A stretch of 64,000 nt of DNA from Amphiscolops sp. MND2022. Its lineage: Eukaryota. The translations under genes and the position numbers were made by a program. The stretch lies in NCBI GenBank assembly GCA_964187785.1, contig OZ076418.1, positions 31,744,001-31,808,000 of the forward strand. Direction: 5' to 3'. Shown piece after piece: positions 1 to 11,500 of this stretch; positions within the stretch are counted from its first letter, which is position 1, and each line of letters starts with the position of its first letter. The notes beneath the pieces were generated by a model, which saw only the letters and a program-made list of their open reading frames with translations, searched no databases and had not been told where the DNA came from.

Positions 1-2972
1 TTGTTGGAGAGTCCTAGATTGTTTTTATTGCCTTATTCTAGCCCTGTGGGCCTTGTACTAGTGTTTTTCCTGCGTGTCCTGCGTATTTCCGGGGTCTGAA
101 ACCGAAAATCGACAATTTCAGACAGTGTACCCCTTGTTTTTTGATAATACCTGTTGAAAATGTTAATCCGGCCTATCCGGAACTGGTTATAAAGGGTTTT
201 GTAGCTCTGTTTCAGTAAATTAGCAATGTATGGGGACTGGGAGGACGAGTGTTGAAGGCCCCAATTAGCTGACGACAGTGTGTGAGCACCTCCGACATCA
301 CACCTCCAGTACCCCTGTAGTTGCCGTATACCCACGTCAATCGGGTTATATTGCTAATTCTTGCTAATAATCGGCCCAAAAAGCATATTCCCAGGCCTGT
401 TCCCACTAAAATTAACTGGGGAAAATACCTTGTGGGTGTTTGGACCAGTTTAAAAAAATTTGAGCGCGAAAACCTTGAAAACAACACCATATATAGCTCA
501 AATACCGAATTTTGAGGTGTTGAAAGTTGAAATCTAGTAGAAAAGGATACGGCCAGTGGGAACACAAAAAAACGTTCCATCAGACCTACTAAGCCAGGAA
601 CAGAAAAATTTGCTGGGCTAAATTGTTGAAACATTGAGGAAATTAGCGATTTTTATAGAGAAAACATCAATTTTGGCCTAAAAGACCAAAATTGGTGAGG
701 GCAAAGCCTTGGGCACTTGTTCCCAAGCTCTAAGATCAGCCCAAAAACGTTGTTCCCGAGCTTGGTAGTACAAAACACTACTGCCAAGACAATTTTTAGC
801 ATTCCCCAATATAAATTGACACTTTAACTTCTGATTTTCTTTGATATACATAGACCTGAGTAGAGGACCCCATAGACCTGAGAATAATAACATCAAAAGT
901 AATAATTGAAATAACCCCACTCCCCTAAATAAAGTTGTCACACCTTCCTACTGTACTGTTAGAACCATCCTGAACATCTGGGAACCGAGAAACAAAAAGT
1001 TCCTAGGGAAAATACGTATTTTTCACATTGTTCCCAGAGTGTCAAAGGTGCAACTTGAAAATTATTTTGAGAGACGTTATTTGGAACCTGCCAGGTTTTG
1101 CTCGCCTATTTTCCGTTAGTATAGGGTATAACGTTGCAAACGCAGAAAACCGCGAGTAATTCCAACCAGTAGTGGCTGAGAAATAGCCGAAAACGCTTTT
1201 TTTTGCGACATTTTCGGAACACTGGAGTAGTGTCCCCAAGATAGGTCGAAATCTCTACTAGTAGGAGTAGCTCAAAACAGATTGCACCATCGTGTAGACC
1301 GCAAAAAGTTACGTTAGTAGTGTAGTTTTCGTAGCGCTACCATTACTAGTGATCGAGAAATCTTAGCCGCAGTTTTGCTCAAAAATCGTGTGGAAATTTC
1401 AAAAAAGAAATCGAATTTTAGTTGAGCATAGTGCAATACCTTCGGAGTATCCTAGCACTAAAATTCTTGCATTTTTGTACACACAGCACTAGATCCCGAC
1501 GATTTGTGCATTTTGAGCAGCTTGCTACTGCCCAATTTGGAGAAATTGACATTTTTGTGAATTTTGGCCCCAGGAAGTGACTAATAGGGTACATCATAGT
1601 TTTGTCAACTCGGATTGCGGAATATTGGCCTGGGCACCCCGCTATTTTGTTTTTCTGTTACGTGGGCATAATTCACGCTCGCATACAAAATTTCAGGTAG
1701 CTAGAAAGCCTAAAAGGCGAGTTCGACAGACTTTTGAAAACTTCACACCATAGTCGATTCTTCAAACAACATTCTGAAGCGACCCCAAGTCACGTATAAT
1801 CAATTTTGGCGCAACCGGCGGTGATTTTCCCACGACTTGGTCACAGTAGTATACCGTGTTATTTGTTCAGGTCGCTAGTAGCTCTAGAAGTGATATTCAC
1901 CTTCCCCAAGCGTGCACTTTGGCGAAAGAATTGCCGATTTTGAGAAATTTTGCGAAAAATTATACACTTTTCGTAGGTGTAGTTGCGAGTGAAGGTTTAA
2001 GCGACCCTAATTCTACACCAGGCATCCATAGCACGTCCCATTGAAGTAATCGGAATAGAGCTAGCTCAACCGTAAATTCTTGGGTTTGTCAAAAAGCTGT
2101 CTACGAGACATAGGAGTGCAAAACACAAAAACTGTATTTTCTCTCCCAACGACCACCAGGGTCACCTAAGTGCGAACTAATAGGAGCATTCACGTTTGCC
2201 TCGACTAAGAAGTGACGCGAGAGAGCTAGAACGCAATTAGGAGTTCTCTAGGAGACGTGGATAGTGGACGCGGTGCGTCTCGAGACAGAAAATTGAGTAT
2301 AGTAGCATCCGAAATTGTAAAGAACTGTGTTTCCATTGATCGTACTACGATCAGATTACGATAACTCTCTTGTTTGAAAGTGTCCTAACACATACTCACC
2401 CCCAAGGTCTAGTTCCCAACACCCCTTGTTGTAGCAACAGCACAGGTGCTCTCCTATTGAAAGTCAGTACGAATGACATAGTGTACGCTCCCAGAAGAAA
2501 AGCGCGGTGATTTCTTGAATAAATCCCTGCAAAGTTCTGATAGCGGGCCAAAACCTTTAGTTATCCCGACCACATAGCCCGTGGCTGGATAAAGCATAGT
2601 TTTGTGTGAGTAACTGTAAAAAAAAACTTAAAAAGCTTAACTTTAAATTTGCGTAGAATAACTATCTCCAGTTAGTGGGGAAACAAACCTTTCTGTTCTG
2701 ATTAGTGGTGACTAACACCAGTGCATGTAATCTTGACTTAGTGCATGTAATTAGGAGTGTGAAGTTTATGACAGTCAGCTGATCCCGAAATAGAATCAAG
2801 AGGGCGATCACGAGCTACAAACTCCAGAACCTAACAGTACGATAGTTTAGTTAGAATATCTGAGAAAGAGATATCAAAACCTCCATTTTGAGTTGCCTTT
2901 AATTCAATTTGTTGAAGAGAAGGAGTGAGTAAAAGACGAAAGAAAATCTAATTTAGTTGAGCTGCAAAAACT

Positions 2973-5531
2973 GTGCAAGTAAAAATGAGTTTGAGTGAGT
3001 GGGAATATTTGTTATTCGTGAGTGAGACATCATTGGAGTCTAGTGAATTTCATGCTACCAACCCGTTCGCGAACAACATAGAAGAGTTGCATACCCTAAG
3101 TACACAAGCTGAAATAGCACCGTTAGATATGATCGCCGACCTGTTTTTAGACGACGTAATGTCAGATAACGTGTCTAACAGTGAGCAAAATTCGCAAATT
3201 GCGCGTACAAGCCAAGCAAATTCCTCAAAGATGTCCTTTGATAGCACCGAACTTGCTAATGAAACTCCCATGAACCATACCAACGTATGGCCTCCTCTGA
3301 ACACTTCCGTGATTGTTACCGGGGACTGGCCGAACTCGAATAGAGAAGTAGCTACTAGCTCGGATATCAGTAAGTGGGTTGAGAATATGAATGTGGGCAT
3401 GACTTTGGGAGAAATCACCCCTCACCTGGGCACGAGCGCGGACCCACTGGGTTCCGGAGTACCAGTGTTTGATAGTAATAGAAATACACTGGGTGACACT
3501 GCGATAGCTCCTCCGGAAAGTCAGCCGGGAAAGCGGAAGACCAGAAAAGGAGTGACTCTCCAGAACTATGCCTCCACTACACCACCATTGCTGGGTCCCA
3601 GCACCTTACAACTGGAACGCACGGCCACGCCCCAACATTCCGATGTCGGCAATGCAGCATCCCCAAATTCGATGATCGCCAGAGGTATCAAAGAAACTGA
3701 AGCCATACGAGAAGATTTTGGACGTAGTATAGAACAATTGAAACGAGTCCACGTAAAGTTAGCCCAGGAAAACACTGACCATGTCCGTCGGGCAGAAGTT
3801 TTGGTGATGGAAGTAGAAGAGTTACGAAAGGAGGTGAGTGAGATCAAGATGGAAGGACGAGTCAACCAGGGCAAGATAGAAACGTCCGTGGCATCAGTCA
3901 AGGACCTGACGGAAAAACGTATATCGGAGATGACGGCAATAATGGTGCAAAGAGATCGGCAAGCGGATGAGCGCCTAAAACACATGTCCGAAATGATGCA
4001 CCACAGAGATTTGGATGTCGACAAACGCATGGTGGACCTCATGACTACGGTCCAGGATTTAACCCTAGGGGTGAGGACCGTAGTGGCGACGATACCAAAC
4101 CGTCCCTCACCCGTGCCGGTGGCACCAAACTTTGCAGACATACAATCTACGAGTGCGTTTCCCAGTCAGCACCCCTCCCATCGAGAAGTTGCCAAACGCC
4201 AATGTGTGACGAAACCGGATCAGACAAAACAGCCAAAGTTACAACCACCCGCAGCGTACAAGCAGGTGCCGATGAAAACCCAATTGTCAACAACCACTCA
4301 AACTGAAGTACAGCGCTGTGACATATCAGGCCCTCCCTCATTCGACCCATATGCTAGAGGTGCCTCAACGACTGGAGATTATTACTCAGCGGCCAGTGAC
4401 CAAAGGCACAGTAACATGAAAACAGCATCAGGAAGTACCGAATATCAAACTGCTGTTTCGTCAATTCTTGGCACAAAACGCTCAATGTTACCCCATAGTA
4501 ACGACCAATTACGGCCATTGGCCTCTAGCACGCAAAAGAAGACAATCTCGAGAAGGAACCTGAACACTGGAACGGTGGAAGGAGCTGCCAAGGACAAGGA
4601 CAATGCTCCGAACGCTATAGACAGCCAAGCGTTGGCGGAAGCAATAACCACCGCGATGTCCAAAGGTCTGGAGCCATTATTAGCAGCCAAAGAATCCAAG
4701 AACAAACCTACCAAGTATCGTGGCACACGCGATGGAATCGTGGATGGCTGGCTAATGCTGATGAGGCGTTACCTGGAAAAAGCCCATGCAAAAGACACTC
4801 CTTTAGACAAAGCATGGACCATAGTGGAGTTCCTAGAAAATGAAGCACGGGACTATATTACGAATAAATCGGAAGCGGAACGCGATACTGATGAAAAAGT
4901 CTTCGCGCTGCTAGCACGAAGATTTGGAACAGGATCTAATAAGATCCAAATACAACAACAATTCCGTACACGTAATCAGTCCCCAGATGAAGACTACATG
5001 CAATACCTTGACGCATTGGAAGGTTTGCGCAGCCAAGGTTTTCCCAACGAGGAAGTTGCGGTGAGGCGCTATGAAATTATGCAGAAAGTCATCGAAGGGG
5101 TACGAAGCTATGAATTGAAACGAAACCTTGCACTCATGTATGCACAGGAACAGTATGTGGACACACCCCCAACTGTGGAGGCCTTACGATTCACGGTACA
5201 ACAATACCTGCGTATGCGTGGTTCGACACGTTCGGAAAATTATCCTGCACCACAACAACAACAACAGCCGCCTGTCGCAGCGAACCCGCAAAACCAAGCA
5301 CAGGCAGAAGCCCCCCAAGCGCCCAACGCCCAGCAACTCCCACAACAACCCCCAGCTTTCCGACAACAACCGCAGCGAACATGTTTCAACTGTGGAGACC
5401 CTTCACACTTTGCAGCTGATTGTCCTTTGAAAGACGGAGCACGGAAACCAGTACAGCAAATAGTTAATTCGTGTCGCACGAACACAGCTGGAGAATGGGT
5501 GTGCCCATCGAACCCCATGCGGCATGAATGA
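2973..5531 (+). CDS. gag: Gag, element 1 (first ATG at 2985)
   Basis: 852-aa ORF; coiled-coil region; retrotransposon-gag-like core KPTKYRGTRDGIVDGWL...EARDYI...RRFG; Q/P-rich linker; zinc knuckle CFNCGDPSHFAADC. Confidence 0.9.
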   Translation: MQVKMSLSEWEYLLFVSETSLESSEFHATNPFANNIEELHTLSTQAEIAPLDMIADLFLDDVMSDNVSNSEQNSQIARTSQANSSKMSFDSTELANETPMNHTNVWPPLNTSVIVTGDWPNSNREVATSSDISKWVENMNVGMTLGEITPHLGTSADPLGSGVPVFDSNRNTLGDTAIAPPESQPGKRKTRKGVTLQNYASTTPPLLGPSTLQLERTATPQHSDVGNAASPNSMIARGIKETEAIREDFGRSIEQLKRVHVKLAQENTDHVRRAEVLVMEVEELRKEVSEIKMEGRVNQGKIETSVASVKDLTEKRISEMTAIMVQRDRQADERLKHMSEMMHHRDLDVDKRMVDLMTTVQDLTLGVRTVVATIPNRPSPVPVAPNFADIQSTSAFPSQHPSHREVAKRQCVTKPDQTKQPKLQPPAAYKQVPMKTQLSTTTQTEVQRCDISGPPSFDPYARGASTTGDYYSAASDQRHSNMKTASGSTEYQTAVSSILGTKRSMLPHSNDQLRPLASSTQKKTISRRNLNTGTVEGAAKDKDNAPNAIDSQALAEAITTAMSKGLEPLLAAKESKNKPTKYRGTRDGIVDGWLMLMRRYLEKAHAKDTPLDKAWTIVEFLENEARDYITNKSEAERDTDEKVFALLARRFGTGSNKIQIQQQFRTRNQSPDEDYMQYLDALEGLRSQGFPNEEVAVRRYEIMQKVIEGVRSYELKRNLALMYAQEQYVDTPPTVEALRFTVQQYLRMRGSTRSENYPAPQQQQQPPVAANPQNQAQAEAPQAPNAQQLPQQPPAFRQQPQRTCFNCGDPSHFAADCPLKDGARKPVQQIVNSCRTNTAGEWVCPSNPMRHE

Positions 5532-8500
5532 TGACTTAATGCCCGCAACCCTACCAGAACAAGGAACATCAGCATTTTGTGTTAATTGTGGTCATGTAGG
5601 CCACGTGACATCTGATTGTATGACGCCTCACAATGTTGCAACGAAAGAACAAGTAAAAGCGGCGTGGTACGCCCCGGCCGCAAACTCAACAGACTTTTGC
5701 GATTCAGAGGATCAAATAAGGGTGATCTCGACTTCAGAAGACGGAGGCCCATCACGCCCTGTGGTTGTAACTTGTGGTGAGAAACAAATCTTGACGACAC
5801 TTGAGGCACCAGCGCCTGACTGTACTGAAACACTAATATCCATCCATCTGTTGTTATCCGCGGAACAAAAGGCGCGTCCAAATCTCACATTAGCACAATT
5901 GAAAGGAGAACTGTGCCGCAATACCAGCTTGACGATAGCTTCGCGACCACTACCCCACTTTACCAGGAATGATGAGACCAAGCTGGCCCAGATACAGAGA
6001 GTGAAGACAATCGCGCCAGTCCCCGTAGCGATCACGGTTGATGGTGTGGACATGAGGTTTGATGCGATTGTTGTCCTGGAAGGACACTTTCCGCAAGGCC
6101 TATATCTGGGCAGGCAAGAACTGCGCTGTTATAGCATTGGAGTGCAAGATGCACAAGGAGAGGCCCAGATTGATGAGCGAGCCTCGCTAGTAGTAGCATT
6201 CGGAACTCCTCTGCAAAAGCCAATACCACTTTTCGGCATGATTGACACCGGTTCAGTAGTTTCTATCCTTTCATTTAGTGCCTACAAGAAGATTGCTTCC
6301 CAGCACACGCTGAGCCTATCACCATATGACGTTGAACTCTTCGCTGCCATTGGCAAAAGCATCACCACCGTGGGCATAGCCGAAGATGTAAATTTCCAGC
6401 TCGGCGGATACACTCTGAAGACCAACTTTGTAGTCATAGCCGATCATATTGGGTCAGAGGATTTCCTCTCGGGTCGCAATTTCTTGCGCACATACAACGT
6501 GTTAGTGGACCTGACAGCAATGAAAGTGACTATCCGCGACCCCAAAACACCTCGAATCTTTAAAGCCACACATGAGGTAAGCGAGCACGAACCATCGTTT
6601 GTAGTTTCCACTGAAGACGTAATACTAGGTCCATTCGAAAGGAAGATTGTGCGCGCGAAAATCATCACGCAACAACCTGACATTTTCCTGTTTCGTAATG
6701 TAACGGTCCAGTCATGTAGCATGAAGTCCATTTCAGTCTTTGTTTCAGAAGATACACTGACTTCGGTGGGAGAAGGAGGTATAGTATTTTTAGCCATCCG
6801 AAACCAAACTGATAAAGAACAAGTGAAAATCAAAGCACAAACTGTTATTGGCAAAGCGGCGCTTACCACTTTTGTATTGAACTCCGTTCTTATGCAAACT
6901 GAAGGTGAAGCTTCGAAGCTTTCTACCGAATATGTAAATCAAGTACATAGAAACTTTGATATGGACACCAGTTCAGAATTCAGTTCCTTTGCCCAAAACT
7001 TTTTATCTTCGACCGGACCGTCTGAGGCAGGTTTATCAGATAATGAAAAGCGCAAAAGGACAGATCCACAGCTGCTAAAAGCAATCCCAGGCCCTGACCT
7101 CTCTTCCGTCCTTTCTCCATGGGGGGAAGAGGCGAGAAACAAGTTAGAAACTATATTAAAAGAGTATGAAGACCTATTCATGAAAAATAAGTCTGACATA
7201 GGTAGGTGTAAGATTGCAAAGCACAAGATAGAGCTAGAGCCGGAGGCTATACCACACCGAGAAGGAGCTAGGCGAATGTCCCCTGATAAGGCGGCAAAAG
7301 CCAATCAGGAAGTGCAAAATTTGCTGGCCCTTGGTCTGATACAACCCTCCTACTCTCCGTGGGCCAGTGGCATAGTCATGGTGAAAAAGAAATCAGGCGA
7401 GCTTCGCTTTTGCTGTGACTTCCGCCCGCTAAATGATGTAACAGTGAAGGACGCATTTCCACTACCCAGAATCGATGAAAACCTCTCGAGGATTGGGAAT
7501 GCAAAGATCTTCACGAGCATCGATTTGGCGTGGGCCTTTTGGCAAATTCCACTGAAGAAGCGTGATCGCAGAAAAACGGCGTTCGCGTGTGAACTTGGCC
7601 TGTTTGAATGGCGGCGCATGCCCTTCGGGCTATGCAATGCATCGGCCACTTTTCAGCGATCGATCACGAGAGCTCTACAAAAGATCCAACAACGACATGG
7701 AAGCGTTGTCATGGCATACATAGATGACATAGTGATTGCGACAGAAACCATTGAAGACCACTTGGAAAGAATCAGAGAAGTGTTCGTGTGTCTCAGAGAA
7801 GCAGGTTTCAAGATGCGAGCAGAGAAATGTGACTTCATGCGCACTGAAACCAAGTACCTCGGAAGAGTAGTTTCGGCCGAAGGCATAAAGCCTGACCCGG
7901 CTGCTGTTAGCAAAATCCAAGAATGGATGCCCCCCAGAAACAGAGAAGAATTACAGAGCTTCCTTGGATTTGCGAACTACTACCGAGATTTCATTCCTTT
8001 TCATGCTGCTAAAGTGCAACCTATGCAGGAGTTATTAAAGAAGAACCAACACTTCTACTGGAAAGAAAGACACCAAGAAGCGTTCGATGCAGTAAAGCAA
8101 GCATTAGTCGACGCCACGGCTTTGGCAGCGCCTAACGAAGAAGGACGTTTCGTCTTAGACACGGATGCCAGTGCAGTTGCTATAGCCGGCATACTACACC
8201 AAGAGCAACATAACAATGGGAAAACCATTCTTCGTCCCATTGTTTATGGCAGCAAGTCACTGACTAAAACACAAATGAAATATGGCGCCCCGAAGCTGGA
8301 AATGTATGCAGTATTCTATTTCATCGAGAAATTTCATTCCTACCTTGCAGGTCGGGAATTCACGCTGCGCGTGGACAACCAGGCTCTCTCGTGGCTGAAG
8401 ACATATTCAATGGATCAAGCCATGATTGGACGCTGGATTGCGCGCCTCGACCAATATCATTTCAAGACGATCCACAGACCGCGCACACAAAATAGAAATG

Positions 8501-11500
8501 TGGACGGTCTTAGCAAAAGGACCAATGACTACGTACATCGGGAGAAGATCGTGGAAACTCTACCAGAAGTGAGCAAGGGATTCAGCTTCATGCCCCAAAA
8601 AGACTACGAAGAACTCCCCACTGTGCCTTATATCGACGAACATGGAAAATTTATTCCAAACCATCCAGAGCTTCCACCAGACGCTCGAGCACAACTTCCA
8701 GTGCTGTACATTTTGAAAAAGCCACCAAAAGAAGACCTAACCTCAGACCCGTCCTTGAGTTCCATACCATGGTACCCACAGGTGCAATGGGAAACAACTC
8801 CGACTTTGGCCGAAGACGACAGACCGAATTGTATCCTTAGCGTAACAACCAAAGTGCCGGCGGCACGTCTAGACACCACCCAACGTGACCCAGCACTGCG
8901 TAGATTGCCTACGCAGTGTCAAGAACAAGCTGACGTCCTCAGGCTAGTCGGGACTGAGCTTCACGAGCATCAGTCAACAATGCGAGGATTGAAAGATCTT
9001 CATCTAGCTCAAAACAGAGATATACATCTGCTAGCGCTGAAGAAACTCATGAAGAACGAGCCATTAGAGGATACGTTGTTCCCCGAAGACGTGCAGGACT
9101 TTGCCAAACGGTACTTTCACCAGAAGAAAGACTTACTGTTCCTGAATCAGAATGATATCTTGTGTGTCAACTACATTCCGCAGCAACGCGCGATGCACAT
9201 ACGACCGTGTATGATCGTCATGCCCCAGCTATACCAACACGAAATCTTGTACAGAGCGCACGACGAGTCAGGACACCAAGGCGTTGGTAAAGTGTTGGCA
9301 AGAATCCAGGAGCGCCACACTTGGCCAGGCATCAAGCGTGATGTCGTCAATCATATTAAGCACTGCTTAACATGCCAACAGACGAAACATCCCGCTGGGA
9401 ATCCCTGTTATCCGTTACAAAGTATCAACAGCAGCAACTTTAATGACCTAGTGCAGTTCGACCATTTGAAGTTGTGCAAAACAACGTCAGGAAATAATGG
9501 ATTGCTAGTCGTCATCGACCATTTCACTAAATTTGCAGAGGCAATCCCATGTGCACACGACGAATATGACGCCCAGACGACTGCAAAGATTATCCTGAAC
9601 AAATGGTTTGCAAGACATGGCACTCCTGCCAGGATGCAATCAGACAATGCCACCAATTTTACTGCTGAGATAGCTCAAGAACTGATGAAAGCTTCGCAAG
9701 TAAGCAAAATAACGTCTACTCCAGCTCATCCGAGAGGCAATGGTTTAGTGGAACGTCAAAACCGAACATTACTGACCTTGCTCCGAGTCTATACGTCTCG
9801 AAGATTGCTTGACTGGGATGAACACATAGACGGAGTCTTGGGCGCTTATAATTCAACCAGACATGCAACGACCGGATTTTCCCCGTATATGCTCCAACAT
9901 GGCGCAGAAAAATCCATACCACTCTCGTTTATATACCCAGAATTCGCAGCGCGAGAGTTTGAGTCCAAAGAAGAATTTGTGGAGCACCTACTTGCTCGAC
10001 AACAAGAAATCCTTGAACTTGTTCGCCGAAACACACACCAGGCGCAAATACGACAAAAACAGAAGTTCGACAAGCATTTGACAGCAAAAGCTCACGCAGT
10101 GGGTGATGCTGTTTGGGTTTTCTGCCACATAATTCCTAAAGGTGGCACCCGCAAACTCCTTCGTGCCTGGCGTGGACCTCACAAGGTCACAGATGTATTA
10201 CAAGATGGAAGATTATACGTTTTGGATACAGGAGAAAAGGTTCACTTCGAACGCCTGAAGAAGCATGTGCCTGCGCTGTGGGATTGGGCGGCACATCAAC
10301 CCTTTGGGTTAGACCAGAATGTTGCCATCATCGCAGACCCATACGTGGAGGAAAGTAATGAGGAAATAACGTCAGACATATCACGTGACTCATTTCTTCC
10401 AGAACAACTGCCAGAGGCATCATTCGAGATGGAACCGACCCCGCCCGTTCCCCCAAGCACGATTCAAACACGCACTCAGTCTGCTTTGGAACGGGGAATC
10501 CCTCGAAGACGATTCAGTCATTTTGGATACCCTTCTGAGTCGGAATCCGACCAAGAACAAATGGGTCAACCCATTGAAGAGCCACAACAACCAATGATCT
10601 ACCCTGATATCGACGATTTAGAACCACTGTATTCAGATCAAGAGGAGGTCAGGCCAGAACCAACACCAAGTCTGATACCCTCGCCATCAGGAACATCAAC
10701 ACCATTGCTCTCAAACCCAGCTTTAACCGACACATTGAGCAATTTTCCACTATTCAGTTCTCGAGCTGGTAGCTCGGCAGGACTACAAACTATCGAGGAA
10801 CCCGAACCCCAAGAAAGAACTGACAGAGAAATTCCAGAACCCGGACACAGCATGGAAACATCGCCATCATCGGGGAGAACCGCGAGTAGAAGAGGCAGGC
10901 CAAGAGGCAGACCTCCAAATCGTAGAAGAGGAAGTGCCAACTCATCAAGCAGAACACTTGCAAGCACGCACCGACCGTACACCAGATCAAGAGGCAGCTT
11001 GCGAACCAGAGCACAATCTCAAACCTTGGAACGTGCAATGACACTACCCAACATTGCAGAAAGTTTATCATCAGAGCAACCAGAAGCGGAACAAATAACA
11101 ACCTCACGAGCACCACCTTATTTGCTGCGACGCAATAGAACTCCTAGATATCGCTGCGGAACATGTGGTTCCCGTAACTGTAGTTGCGTCAACCTAATTA
11201 GTGGAAAACCACCGGACAAGCGATTGGCCCGGGGAGTAGACGCTCCTGCCCCAGACACAGCTGTTACTGAAACAACAGAAGACCACATGCAACACATCCG
11301 AAACATACAAGCTAAGGACCAAGAGGTTCCACAAGTACATCATGTTGTGATTACCGTGGAAAAGACCTATTCGAGCATTGGACCAGCCGTGGTCCCACCC
11401 CTGGAAACCACACTAAAAGCCATGCAAGAAACATCTCCATCAGACTGCTCCACCTACCGATTTAGGGAATGGACATGGCACGAAAAGAGTGGATTAGAGT

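Noticed and set aside
3050-11306. Numerous minus-strand ORFs over gag/pol (likewise plus-strand ORFs at 58348-61532)
   Set aside because: Antisense shadows of long coding frames with no motifs of their own
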